The notes under the pieces: model-generated | Seen by the model: the letters and a program-made list of their open reading frames with translations, nothing else | The model's database searches: none | What the model was told of the DNA's origin: nothing | Shown: positions 9,097 through 19,115 of the stretch, piece after piece | How the letters are laid out: each line of letters opens with the position of its first letter | Numbering within the stretch: position 1 is the stretch's first letter | Made by a program: the position numbers and the translations under genes | Assembly (NCBI GenBank): GCA_038212275.1 | Contig: JBBQUR010000004.1 | Coordinates: 96,001-160,000, forward strand | Reading direction: 5' to 3' | Length of the DNA: 64,000 nt | Source: Planctomycetota bacterium | GTDB taxonomy: Bacteria > Planctomycetota > B15-G4

Positions 9097-11865
9097 ATGC
9101 GCACCCTCGCCCTGGCCGCCCTTCTCGCGCTGGTCGCTCCCACCGCCCTGCACGGGCAGGATCGCATCGAGGTGCCGCACGAGCTCTACGTGCTCGACAA
9201 CGGCCTGTCGGTGATCCTCGCGCCGGACCACACGCTGCCGCGCGTCGAGGTGAATCTCTGGTATCACGTCGGCAGCAAGAACGAGGTCGCCGGACGCTCG
9301 GGCTTCGCGCACCTGTTCGAGCACCTCATGTTCATGGGCACGGAGCGCGTGCCGACGGGCGCCTTCGACGGGATCATGGAAGGCGGCGGCGGCGCGAACA
9401 ACGCGAGCACGAGCGAGGATCGCACCAACTACTTCGATTGGGGTCCGCCGGCGCTGCTGCAGACGCTGCTCTGGCTGGAGGCCGACCGGCTGGAGAATCT
9501 CGGCCGCACGATGACGCAGGAAAAGCTCGACCTGCAGCGCGAGGTCGTACGCAACGAGCGCCGCCAGACCAGCGAGAACACGCCCTACGGCAAGGCGGAC
9601 CTGCTCGTTTCCGAACTGATGTATCCGCCGGGCCACCCGTATCACATCTCGGTCATCGGCAGGCACGAGGATCTCGTCGCGGCGTCGGTCCCGGACGTGC
9701 AGGACTTCTTCGCACGCTGGTACGTCCCGAACAATGCCAGCCTCTGCATCGTGGGGGATTTCGATCCCGCCGCCGCGCGAGCGTGGGTGGCGCAGTACTT
9801 CGGCGACCTGCCGCCGGGCCCCGAGCCGCCCGCCACGCACGTCGATCCCGTGATGCTGGACGGACCGCGCGGCATCACGCTGCAGGACGCCGTGCAATAT
9901 CCGCGCCTCAGCTTCACGTGGCACAGTCCCGCGACGCTGGCGCCCGGTGATGCCGAGATGGATCTCGCGGCGGACGCGCTGGCCGGCGGCCGGAACAGCC
10001 GCCTCTATCAGCGCCTCGTCGTGAAGGACGGCACGGCCGTCGATGTCGCGGCCTACCAGCAGAGTCAGCTCCTCGGCAGTCTGTTCACCGTGGTCGTGAC
10101 GACGGCGCCCGGCGCCGACCTCGCCGCCGTGACCGCCGCGGTGGACGACGAAATCGGACGGCTGCGCGAGGAGGGCCCGACCGCCGAGGAGTTGCAGCGC
10201 TCGGTGGCGGGCATCGAGACCGGCGCCGTCTCGGAGCTCGAGTCGCTGCACGCGCGCGCGGACAGCCTCAACCGCTACCTCTTCTTCTACGGCACGCCGG
10301 ACGGCTTCGAACGCGATCTCGACCGCTACCGGCATGCGACGCCTGCCAGCGTGCGCGGCTGGGCCCGCCAGGTGCTCGACCCCGCGCGGCGCCTGACGAT
10401 GTCCGTCCTGCCCGACGGCAGCCTGCCCGCGACGACGGCGCGCGACACGCAGCCCGCGCTCGACACGACGCCGACGCGCTTCACGCCGCCCGTGCCCGTC
10501 GCGCTGCCGACGCGTCCGTCCGGCCTGGAAGTCTGGCACCTGCAGCGTCCCGGACTGCCGCTCGTCAACGTGACGCTCGTGCTGCCGGGCGGGCGCCTGG
10601 CGGAGACGCGCGCCCAGGCGGGGCTCTCGGAACTGACGGCGTCGATGCTGGAGGAAGGCGCCGGCAGTCGCGACAGCGCGGCCTTCGCGGATGCGCTGCA
10701 GCAGCTTGGCGCGGAGTTCTCCGTGAACAGTCAGGCGCGACAGACGACCGTCGCCGTGGAGGTGCTCAAGCGCAACCTGGACGGCGCACTCGCGCTCTTT
10801 CACGACGCGGTGACGGTGCCGCGCCTGGACGCCGCGGACTTCGAGCGCGTGAGGCGCCTCAGCGTGGACGATCTGCGCGCAGCCCTGGACGACCCGAACA
10901 CCGTGGCGCGCCAGGTGGCCGCTGCCACCTGGTTCGGCGAGGACCATCCCTACGGACGGCCCTCGGGCGGCTTTCCCGAGACCGTCGCGGCCCTGGAACT
11001 CGATCAAGTGCGCGCCTTCCACGCGTCGCTTGCGCAGCCCGCCGGGGCGCTCCTCATCGTGACGGGCGACGTGAGCGCCGACGAGGCGTCCGCCATCGCG
11101 GACACGCTGGATCGCGACTGGCCTGCGGCGGGAACACCGCTCGTCGCCGCAGCGACGCCCGTCCCGCCGGCGGCCGGCGTCCGCGTGGTGCTCGTCGACC
11201 GTCCCGACGCCTCGCAGACGGTCGTGCGCTTCGTGATGCCCGGCCAGCGCGGCACCGATGCGCGCCGCGTGCCGTCCGATGTCTTCAACACGCTGTTCGG
11301 CGGCTCGTTCACCAGCCGGCTGAACAGGAATCTGCGCGAGGAGCACGGCTACACCTACGGCGCCGGCAGCAGCTTCGCCCGGCAGCCCGACCAGGGCGTC
11401 TTCATCGCGAATGCGGCCGTGCGCACGAATGTGACCGGCGACTCCCTCGCCGAATTCATCGCCGAGTTCAAGCGTGCGCGCGCGGGCGGCATCGCTCCGG
11501 AGGAAGCGGCGGGTGCGTCGGCCTCGGCACTCGCGCGACTCGTCTCCGGCTTCGAGAGTCTCGGGTCCACCGTGGGCACCTGGCTCGTCGTGCGCGACCG
11601 TGGCGGCTCGCCGCAGGAGCTCGCGCGCGATGTCGCCGCGCTGCCGGGTGTCACTGCGGCTCAGCTCGACGCGCTTGCGCCCGAGCTGCTCCAGACCGAC
11701 CAGCTGCTGCTCGTGCTGGTCGGCGATGGCAAGACCGTGCTGCCTCAGCTGAGCGAGCTCGGTCTGCCCCCCGTGCGCATCCTGGATGAGCGCGGCCACC
11801 CGGTGACGGGCCAGGCGCCCGCTGCACCCGTCGCACCGGCCACGCCGGCGGGGAGCGGGTCCTGA
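9097..11865 (+). CDS. Secreted M16 (pitrilysin/PqqL-like) zinc protease, fused two-half form
   Basis: Signal peptide, inverted zinc motif HLFEH, second half carries SRLNRNLREEHGYTYG. Confidence 0.93.
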   Translation: MRTLALAALLALVAPTALHGQDRIEVPHELYVLDNGLSVILAPDHTLPRVEVNLWYHVGSKNEVAGRSGFAHLFEHLMFMGTERVPTGAFDGIMEGGGGANNASTSEDRTNYFDWGPPALLQTLLWLEADRLENLGRTMTQEKLDLQREVVRNERRQTSENTPYGKADLLVSELMYPPGHPYHISVIGRHEDLVAASVPDVQDFFARWYVPNNASLCIVGDFDPAAARAWVAQYFGDLPPGPEPPATHVDPVMLDGPRGITLQDAVQYPRLSFTWHSPATLAPGDAEMDLAADALAGGRNSRLYQRLVVKDGTAVDVAAYQQSQLLGSLFTVVVTTAPGADLAAVTAAVDDEIGRLREEGPTAEELQRSVAGIETGAVSELESLHARADSLNRYLFFYGTPDGFERDLDRYRHATPASVRGWARQVLDPARRLTMSVLPDGSLPATTARDTQPALDTTPTRFTPPVPVALPTRPSGLEVWHLQRPGLPLVNVTLVLPGGRLAETRAQAGLSELTASMLEEGAGSRDSAAFADALQQLGAEFSVNSQARQTTVAVEVLKRNLDGALALFHDAVTVPRLDAADFERVRRLSVDDLRAALDDPNTVARQVAAATWFGEDHPYGRPSGGFPETVAALELDQVRAFHASLAQPAGALLIVTGDVSADEASAIADTLDRDWPAAGTPLVAAATPVPPAAGVRVVLVDRPDASQTVVRFVMPGQRGTDARRVPSDVFNTLFGGSFTSRLNRNLREEHGYTYGAGSSFARQPDQGVFIANAAVRTNVTGDSLAEFIAEFKRARAGGIAPEEAAGASASALARLVSGFESLGSTVGTWLVVRDRGGSPQELARDVAALPGVTAAQLDALAPELLQTDQLLLVLVGDGKTVLPQLSELGLPPVRILDERGHPVTGQAPAAPVAPATPAGSGS

Positions 11866-13064
11866 ACGAACCTGCCGACACGACCGAGCGCCCCGTCGCG
11901 CGACCGCCCTACGCCGACCTGCGCATTCATCCCAGTCCGCACCCCTTCGTGCGCAAGGGCCTGCTCGTGCGCCCGCCGCAGAACGCGCCCAACGGCTCCC
12001 TCGTCAGCCTGCGCTCTCCCGAGGGCGTGATGCTCGGCGACGGCTTCTGGAACGCGTACTCGGACATCGGCGTGCGCCGGCTCACGGATGGCGACACGCG
12101 CTTCGACGACACGGCGCTCGCTGCCGCGGTGGATCGGGCGATTTCGCTGCGCGACCGGATTCCCGGCCTGCGCGACAGCGGCGACGCCTTCCGCGTCATC
12201 CACGCAGAGGGCGACGAACTCTCCGGTCTCATCGTGGACAAGCTCGGTGACGTGCTCGCCATCGAGCTGCACAGCGCGGGCTGGATCAACTGGCTCGATC
12301 AGCTGCTCCCGTTGCTGCACGGCAGGCTCGGCACGCTGCATCACCGCATCACGATGTCGGAGCGCACGGCCTACCTGGAGGGCTGCCAGGCGCTGGATGT
12401 CGCCAGCGACGATTGTCCGCGCACGCTGCGGCTGCGCGAGCACGGCGTGCGCTACCAGGTGGACCTCCAGACCGGCCACAAGACGGGCTTCTTCTGCGAC
12501 CAGCGCGACAATCGCCGCGCCCTCGCGCCCTGGGTTGCCGGCGGCGACGTGCTGGACCTCTGCTGCTACACGGGCGGATTCGCGCTGGCGGCCGGCGTGC
12601 TCGGCAGCCCCGCCTCGCTGACGGGCGTGGACCTCGACGAGGAAGCGCTCGCGGTGGCGCAGCTCAACGCCAACCTGAACCAGAAGCGCGTGCACTTCGT
12701 GCATGCCGACGTGTACGACTGGTTGCGGCAGTCCGCAGGCACCGCGCGGCGTTACGACGTCATCGTGGTGGATCCGCCGAAGTTCATCCCGACGCGCAAG
12801 GACATCGAGGCGGGTCACGGCAAGTATCACGACCTCAACCGGCTTGCGCTCGGCGTGCTGAAGCCCGGCGGGCTGCTGCTGACGTGTTCGTGCTCGGGAC
12901 TGCTGTCCGGCGGCGAGTTCCGCGAGCTGGTCACCACGGCGGCGCGCAAGGCGGGCCGTCGTGCGCGCCTCATCGAGCAGACCGGCGCGGCGCCGGATCA
13001 TCCGATCCTGCTCAACTGCCCCGAGACGGAATATCTGAAAGCGCTCTGGATGGTGGTGTGGTGA
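11862..13064 (+). CDS. RlmI-family class I SAM-dependent rRNA methyltransferase
   Basis: HPF start of PUA-like domain, HAEGDELSGL, GHKTGFFCDQRDNR, LDLCCYTGGF, VDPPKF, TCSCS; start proposed at CTG 11862 (ORF track gives GTG 11949). Confidence 0.88.
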   Translation: MNEPADTTERPVARPPYADLRIHPSPHPFVRKGLLVRPPQNAPNGSLVSLRSPEGVMLGDGFWNAYSDIGVRRLTDGDTRFDDTALAAAVDRAISLRDRIPGLRDSGDAFRVIHAEGDELSGLIVDKLGDVLAIELHSAGWINWLDQLLPLLHGRLGTLHHRITMSERTAYLEGCQALDVASDDCPRTLRLREHGVRYQVDLQTGHKTGFFCDQRDNRRALAPWVAGGDVLDLCCYTGGFALAAGVLGSPASLTGVDLDEEALAVAQLNANLNQKRVHFVHADVYDWLRQSAGTARRYDVIVVDPPKFIPTRKDIEAGHGKYHDLNRLALGVLKPGGLLLTCSCSGLLSGGEFRELVTTAARKAGRRARLIEQTGAAPDHPILLNCPETEYLKALWMVVW

Positions 13065-13996
13065 GCGCGCGCGGCGCCCGGGGCGAGCCGATCCTCATCG
13101 TGCATGGCGGTGCCGGCGATCTCGACGGCGAGGAAGACCGTCGACAGTATCTTGAGGGAGTCGCGGCCGCGCTGGAGGCCGGACTTGCCGCGCTGGAGGG
13201 CGGCGATGCGCGCGCCGCGGTGCGTGCCGCCGTCGTGCACATGGAGTCGCACACGATCATGAATGCGGGGCGCGGTGCGGTGCTCGATCGCGACGGCCGC
13301 GTCTGCCTCGATGCGGGCTTCATGGACGGTGCATCGCGACGCTTCGGCGGAGTCACCGGCGTGCGGCGCTGCATGAACCCCGTGCTGCTGGCCGAGCACC
13401 TTTGCGCCGACGGCGACTACGGTCGCTTCGTCGGCGCGCCGGGCAGCGACGACGTCGCTGCGCTCGCGGGCGTGACGGCCTGCGACGAGTCGGCGCTGGT
13501 GACCGAGCGTGCACGGAGGATCTGGGCGCAGCGCTGTCGCGAGGCGGCGCCTGCAGGGCCGACGCCCTGGCTCGACACGGTGGGAGCCGTCGCGCTGGAT
13601 CGCGGTGGACACGTGGCCGCGGCGGTCTCCACGGGCGGCATGAGCCTGAAGCGCAGCGGTCGCATCGGCGACTCTCCGATCGTGGGCGCCGGATTCTGGG
13701 CCGCCGACGGGGAGGGCGCCTGCGTGACGACCGGCGTCGGCGAGGTGCTGCTGCGCCAGGGCACCGCACGCCGCTGCGCGCAGCTGGTGTCCGAGGGCCT
13801 GCAGCCCGCGGATGCGGCGGCGTCGGCCCTCGCGGAACTGGTGGATTTTCCGGGCGACGAGCGCGGCTGCTCGGGCCTCATCTTCGTCGCGCCGGACGGC
13901 CGCTTCGTGCTGGACCACAACAGCCGCGAGATGTCCGGCGGCTGGGCGCGGCCTGGCGGAGATCGGCGCGTCACGCATCTCTGGCGCGGCCGATGA
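13061..13996 (+). CDS. Isoaspartyl peptidase / L-asparaginase (Ntn hydrolase)
   Basis: IVHGGAG, NAGRGAV, autoproteolysis site DTVGAVA, STGG, GRIGDSP; GTG overlaps upstream TGA. Confidence 0.92.
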   Translation: MSARGARGEPILIVHGGAGDLDGEEDRRQYLEGVAAALEAGLAALEGGDARAAVRAAVVHMESHTIMNAGRGAVLDRDGRVCLDAGFMDGASRRFGGVTGVRRCMNPVLLAEHLCADGDYGRFVGAPGSDDVAALAGVTACDESALVTERARRIWAQRCREAAPAGPTPWLDTVGAVALDRGGHVAAAVSTGGMSLKRSGRIGDSPIVGAGFWAADGEGACVTTGVGEVLLRQGTARRCAQLVSEGLQPADAAASALAELVDFPGDERGCSGLIFVAPDGRFVLDHNSREMSGGWARPGGDRRVTHLWRGR

Positions 13997-14859
13997 ACGA
14001 GCGCGCGCCCGGTCACGGGGCGGGTGGTCGGCTGCCGGGCGGCAGCGCACCGGACGGACACTCGCAGGCGTGGCCTCCCGCGACGAAGGCGCAGCTCGCG
14101 GCGCTTGGCTCTCTGCTCACGCCGCAGGGACGGCGCGCGGCGCAGGCTTGTCTCGTCGAAGGTGAGCTGCTGCTCGCCGAAGCCCTGGCGGCCGGATTGA
14201 CGCCGCGGCTGGTGGCCGTCGCCCCGGAGCTTGCCGGACATGCCGCGGTCGCGGCGGCAAGCGCGGCGGGTGCGGCCGTCGTGCTGCTGACGCAGCGGCG
14301 TGCGGATCGGCTGTCCGATCGGGAGTCCGCGGCGGGCCTGCTGGCCGAGGTGCCGCTTCCAGCGACCTGGGACGGTCGCGTGGCCGATCGCGGCCCGGCC
14401 TTGCTCGTCGTCTTGTGCGGCCTGCAGGATCCCGGCAACGTCGGCACGCTGCTGCGCTCGGCGCGCGCGTTCGGAGCCAGCGCCTGTCTGTGCGCACCAG
14501 GCAGCGCCGACCCGTTCGGTCCGAAGGTCGTGCGCTCGTCGGCCGGTGCGGCGTTTCGCCTCGCCGTGGCGCCGATCGAACTGGCGGCACTGCCTGAACT
14601 CGCGCGGCGGCTGGACCTGGCCATGCTGGGGGCCGTCTCTCCGGGCGTCGGCGCGACGCCCGCGCGCGCTGCCGAGCTCCCCGCGCGCTGCCTGCTGCTG
14701 CTCGGGCACGAAACGCGCGGCGTCCCGGAGCTCCCGGGTTGCGAGGCCGTGTGCGTGCCGCAGGATCCCGATGTCGAGAGCCTGAACGTCGCCGTGGCCG
14801 GCTCGATCCTCATGTCCGGCTGGTACCGCTGGCATCCGGTCTCGGGCGCTGCGCCGTGA
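13993..14859 (+). CDS. TrmH/SpoU-family RNA 2'-O-methyltransferase
   Basis: LQDPGNVGTLLRSA, KVVRSSAG, GHETRG, ESLNVAVA SPOUT motifs. Confidence 0.92.
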   Translation: MNERAPGHGAGGRLPGGSAPDGHSQAWPPATKAQLAALGSLLTPQGRRAAQACLVEGELLLAEALAAGLTPRLVAVAPELAGHAAVAAASAAGAAVVLLTQRRADRLSDRESAAGLLAEVPLPATWDGRVADRGPALLVVLCGLQDPGNVGTLLRSARAFGASACLCAPGSADPFGPKVVRSSAGAAFRLAVAPIELAALPELARRLDLAMLGAVSPGVGATPARAAELPARCLLLLGHETRGVPELPGCEAVCVPQDPDVESLNVAVAGSILMSGWYRWHPVSGAAP

Positions 14860-14908
14860 GCGCGCCCGCGATGACGGACTCCCTGCACACTGCGCAGGTC
14901 ATCGCCTG

Positions 14909-15385
14909 ATGGGCGAGACGAGTGAGATGGGTGAGATGGGCGGGGCAGGCGGGGCGCGCAGGCCACGGGAGGTTGCCGCCGCGCTCGTGATCCATGCAGG
15001 GCGCGTGCTCGTGCAGACACGGCCTGCGGGACGGAGCTGGCAGGGCACCTGGGAGTTTCCCGGCGGCAAGCTCGAGCCGGGCGAAGAGGTGCGCGCGTGC
15101 GCCGAACGCGAGGTGCTCGAAGAGGTGGGCCTCGTCGTGACGGCAGGCGCGCTGCTTCACGACATCACCTGGGAGTATCCGGGCGCACTCGTGCACGTGA
15201 ACTTCGTGCTGTGCACGCCGCACGGCGCAGCGGCGGGCGGCGTGCCGGAAGCGCGTCCGCTCGAAGCTCAGTCGCTGTGCTGGGCCGGTCCCGAGGACTT
15301 GCAGCAGCTCGATTTCCTGCCGGCGAATGCAAGCCTGCTGCCGCTGCTGATGGCGCGGCTGCGACTCACTTGTCGCGGAGCGTGA
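14909..15385 (+). CDS. NUDIX hydrolase (MutT/NudG-like)
   Basis: WEFPGGKLEPGE...REVLEEVG NUDIX box, FLPAN tail. Confidence 0.9.
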   Translation: MGETSEMGEMGGAGGARRPREVAAALVIHAGRVLVQTRPAGRSWQGTWEFPGGKLEPGEEVRACAEREVLEEVGLVVTAGALLHDITWEYPGALVHVNFVLCTPHGAAAGGVPEARPLEAQSLCWAGPEDLQQLDFLPANASLLPLLMARLRLTCRGA

Positions 15386-17372
15386 CGAGCACTCCGTCGA
15401 CGACCTGGCCCTCGCCGACGTAGACCTCCTGCATGGACTTCGACGCGTAGACGAGCTTCAGAAACGGGTGCACCGGCTGGTCGTTCACTCGATCCGGGCT
15501 GACGGTGATCTGGTAGCTGCCTTCGCGCAGGTTCGGAAAGTTGAAGTAGCCGTCGCGATTGGTCGTGCCGGCATCCATGTAGGTGTTGTCCTTCAGGTTG
15601 ATCTGCACCTTGCAGAAGGACAGGGGCCCGGAGCTGGAGTCCACGGCGCGGCCCTGGATGACGCTCCCGCGCGGCAACGTGAGGTCGACGGCGTTGTTGC
15701 CGCCGGCGTCTTCGTCCACGACGACCACGTCGTTCAGGACGCGCGAGGCCGCGCTCTCGTGTTCCGCCACGATCTGGTAGGTGCCGGGCGAGATGTGGTC
15801 GATGCAGTAGCTGCCGTCGTCCCCGGCGCGCAGCTTGCGCTCAGGCTCGTCGCTCGGCGCGAAGGCCTTGAAGAGCTTGTTGATGCTCGAATCGATGAAA
15901 TTGTTCGCGTTGAGCGTGATGAGCGCGCGGGCCAGCGGCGCGCCGCTGCTGTCGTAGACGTGGCCGCAGATCGTGCCGCCTCGGAGCATGTGGATGCGAA
16001 CCTGCGGCGGCTGCGTCATGCCGAGTTCGATGGTGAAGACCTCGCTGCGAGTGTCCGCGAAGTCGCTCGCGCGTGCCTCGAGCACGTAGGAACCCGGGTC
16101 GATGCCGTCGTAGCTGAACTTGCCGTCGGCCGAATCGAAGGAGCGGCTGTCGTTCAGGTAGTTGGCCTCGCCGCTGATGTGTGCGCGCATGAGGAACAGG
16201 CTGAACTTGCGCACCGGCACGTTGGCGATGTTGGTCACCCAGCCCGTGACGCTGCCCTGCCGGTTCATGACCACGTTGTAGTTGCCGGCGCTGATGTCCA
16301 CGGCGGGAACGATCTTCTCGCTGTAGCCCTCCGCAGAACAGTGCAACTGGTAGGTGTCGCGGCTCATGCCGTCGAGGATGAAGTAGCCGCCGTCATCGCT
16401 GATGGCGACCGCGCTGCCCTGATAGTCCTTGGCGAGCGAGGTGACCTCGACGCGCGCGCCCTCGATGGCGACGCCATCATTGCTGACGACACGACCTGGC
16501 AGCGACGCGCCGACATCGAGCTCGAAGTTGACCTCCTGGTCGCGCGGCACAGGCTCGAGCGCGTAGTTGATGTTGCGAGACTGGCTCGCGAAGCCCTCGT
16601 AGAGGGCATTGATGCGGAGGCTCGCGGCCGAGATGTGCGTGAATCCGTAGCGGCCCTGGCCATCGGTGAAGACGACCTGCGCCGGCCGCTGCTCCTCGGG
16701 CTTGAGGAAGGCCATGTCGAGGGTGTAGTAGAGCTCGACGCGTGCTCCAGGCAGCGGCCCGCCTCCGAGTTGCGACACGATGCCCCGGATCACGGCACCT
16801 TCGGCCATGTGGAGCACGGCGCCGCTGGTCACGCTGTCCTTCTCGACCGAGAACCCGTTGGCTTCGCTGCGCGCGTAGTCGTCGTGCTCGCCGACGATGA
16901 CGTAGTTCCGGGCGACCGGCACGTCGCAGAGGCTGAACGCACCATCGGGACCGGTGATCGCGGTCACGTCCACCGCCTGCCGTGCGCCCGGGAAGGTGCC
17001 CGACAGCAGGGCGTTGCCGACGAAAAGCGTGATCCGCACGCCCTCGATGGGCATGTTCGCGGAGTTGACCGCATGACCCTCGAGGCAGCCGACCGGGCCC
17101 CCGGCGGCAACCGCAGGAGCGTCCTGTCGTGGCCGCGTGACCACCGGCCCGATCTCGATCGGCTTGACTTCGCCGCGTGCCGGCGCCGGGGCGTGGAATT
17201 CGGTGGCCGGCTCCGGGGAGGCCGTCGAATGCTCGAGGGTCTCTGCGGCGGGAGTGGCCGGCGCCTCGCCGGAACCAAGGAGCCAGGCGACGGCGCCGCC
17301 CGCGAGGAGCAGGACGATGAGTCCTGTGATCCAGAGGGATTTGTTCGAGGACTCGTTGCGCGACGATCTCAT
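15366..17372 (-). CDS. Membrane-anchored protein with repeated carboxypeptidase-regulatory-like (beta-sandwich) domains
   Basis: N-terminal TM helix, Pro/Ala linker, about six repeats of the type G.V....G.P..GA.V...T..DG.F; start MRSSRN. Confidence 0.8.
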   Translation of the reverse strand: MRSSRNESSNKSLWITGLIVLLLAGGAVAWLLGSGEAPATPAAETLEHSTASPEPATEFHAPAPARGEVKPIEIGPVVTRPRQDAPAVAAGGPVGCLEGHAVNSANMPIEGVRITLFVGNALLSGTFPGARQAVDVTAITGPDGAFSLCDVPVARNYVIVGEHDDYARSEANGFSVEKDSVTSGAVLHMAEGAVIRGIVSQLGGGPLPGARVELYYTLDMAFLKPEEQRPAQVVFTDGQGRYGFTHISAASLRINALYEGFASQSRNINYALEPVPRDQEVNFELDVGASLPGRVVSNDGVAIEGARVEVTSLAKDYQGSAVAISDDGGYFILDGMSRDTYQLHCSAEGYSEKIVPAVDISAGNYNVVMNRQGSVTGWVTNIANVPVRKFSLFLMRAHISGEANYLNDSRSFDSADGKFSYDGIDPGSYVLEARASDFADTRSEVFTIELGMTQPPQVRIHMLRGGTICGHVYDSSGAPLARALITLNANNFIDSSINKLFKAFAPSDEPERKLRAGDDGSYCIDHISPGTYQIVAEHESAASRVLNDVVVVDEDAGGNNAVDLTLPRGSVIQGRAVDSSSGPLSFCKVQINLKDNTYMDAGTTNRDGYFNFPNLREGSYQITVSPDRVNDQPVHPFLKLVYASKSMQEVYVGEGQVVDGVLVTLRDK

Positions 17373-17692
17373 GGGTCTTGGACGGGAGGGTGGAAGAGTT
17401 CTTCCCGAGGCCGCTCGGGAGCTGCCTGACGGTCGGCGGTGGCTTCCTTGGCCGCCCGGATGCGATCCGGGATGGTACCAACGGTCGCGGGCGATCGTGA
17501 GGTGCGATCGGTCCCGTCCGCACCCGTGTGTCGTCTCCGCGGGCTGCCAGGCTGAAGGCCTGCCCCCTCGCGCGGGCCGCCTGCAGTTGCGGAGGGCGGG
17601 GCGGCGCTTGCAATCGGCCCCTGGCTGAGCCATCAAGAGGCCCCTGATCCCGCATGCGTCCCTGCGACGGGGCGCGATGGAGTCTGACGACC

Positions 17693-18388
17693 ATGATCTT
17701 CGACCCGCTGTGGTTGATCCTGACCATTCCGCCTGCGCTGTTCGCGCTCTGGGCGAGCTGGCGGACGAAGTCCGCCTACACGCAGTTCTCCAAGGTAGGC
17801 GCCCGCTCCGGTGTCACCGGGGCGGAGGTCGCACGCCGCCTGCTCGACGCGGACCGCCTGCGCGAGGTTGCCGTGGAGGCCGTGCCCGGCCAGCTCACGG
17901 ATCACTACGATCCGCGCGATCGCACGCTGCGGCTTTCGGAGGGAGTGTTCGCGAGCCGCTCCATCGCCGCGCTCGGCATCGCGGCGCACGAGACGGGCCA
18001 CGCGCTCCAGCATGCCGATGGCTACAGGCCGCTGACCTTTCGACAGGCCTTCTTCCCCGTGGCCGCCTTCTCGAGCAAGGCCTGGGTGTGGCTGCTGATC
18101 GCATCGTACTTCCTGGGACGCTCGTCACCGGAACTCGGGTCCACGCTCGTGCTGGCGGCAGCGGGGCTTGCCGCGGTGTACGCGCTCTTCGCCATCGTCA
18201 CGTTGCCCGTGGAATTCAATGCGAGCCGGCGCGCGCTGCTGATGCTCGAGAGCACGCGGATGCTCGACGCCGAGGAACTGACCGGTGCCAAGAAGGTGCT
18301 CGATGCGGCCGCGCTGACGTACGTCGCCAGCGCGGCGCAGGCGGTCATGACCGTGATCTACCTGCTGGCCCGTTCCCGCAATCGGTGA
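17693..18388 (+). CDS. Membrane neutral zinc metallopeptidase (YugP / Zn_peptidase_2 family)
   Basis: LTDHYDP, AAHETGHALQH, TLPVEFNASRRA, AAALTYVA. Confidence 0.92.
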   Translation: MIFDPLWLILTIPPALFALWASWRTKSAYTQFSKVGARSGVTGAEVARRLLDADRLREVAVEAVPGQLTDHYDPRDRTLRLSEGVFASRSIAALGIAAHETGHALQHADGYRPLTFRQAFFPVAAFSSKAWVWLLIASYFLGRSSPELGSTLVLAAAGLAAVYALFAIVTLPVEFNASRRALLMLESTRMLDAEELTGAKKVLDAAALTYVASAAQAVMTVIYLLARSRNR

Positions 18389-19115
18389 CCGGGCCGCGCC
18401 CGCCGGCAGCAAGCCTCGCGAGCCACTCGGCAAAGTCCGGCGGCAGCGGGGCGCGCACGTCGAGTGTCGCTCCCGAGGCCGGGTGCCGCAGCACGATGCG
18501 CTCGGCGTGCAGCATGCAGCGTGACGGCCGAGGTGCCGCCGCGCCGGATCGCGCGCGCGCCGGATCCGCCTTGCGGCCGTATTTGCGGTCTCCCAGCAGC
18601 GGGTGTCCGAGGTGCGCGAGGTGGACGCGGATCTGGTTGTGCCGTCCCGTGTCGAGGCGGACGTGCAGCAGCGAGACCGGAGCCGGCATGCCGGCAGCGC
18701 CGCCGCCCTGGAAGATCTGCCTGACCTCGTAGTGCGTGACGGCGCGCTGGCCGCGGCGATCGACGCGCGCCGTGGCTCCCTCGTCGAGGATGGGCACGTC
18801 GATCGTGGCCTTGCGGGTGTGCGGGATGCCGTGCACGAGCGCGAGATACTCCTTGGTGACCTCGTGTCCGCGAAACAGCGCCTCGAGCGCGGCCCTGTGC
18901 GCCTTCGCAAGGCACAGAAGCAGCACGCCGCTCGTCTCGCGATCGAGCCGATGCACGGGCGCGACCGGCAGCGCATCGCGCCGCAGGTCATCGAGGAGAC
19001 ACCGCTCGCGGGAGCCGGGCGCCGCCACGGTGAGTACGCCGGCGGCCTTGTTCACGACGAGCAGCGTCTTGTCGCGGTGCAGAATGGTGTAGGTCGAAGC
19101 GGGCGGTTTCACCAT
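18345..19115 (-). CDS. RluA-family pseudouridine synthase
   Basis: VNKAAG, catalytic VHRLDRETSG, TGRHNQIRVH, GHPLLGD.KYG, LHA. Confidence 0.93.
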   Translation of the reverse strand: MVKPPASTYTILHRDKTLLVVNKAAGVLTVAAPGSRERCLLDDLRRDALPVAPVHRLDRETSGVLLLCLAKAHRAALEALFRGHEVTKEYLALVHGIPHTRKATIDVPILDEGATARVDRRGQRAVTHYEVRQIFQGGGAAGMPAPVSLLHVRLDTGRHNQIRVHLAHLGHPLLGDRKYGRKADPARARSGAAAPRPSRCMLHAERIVLRHPASGATLDVRAPLPPDFAEWLARLAAGGRGPVTDCGNGPAGRSRS

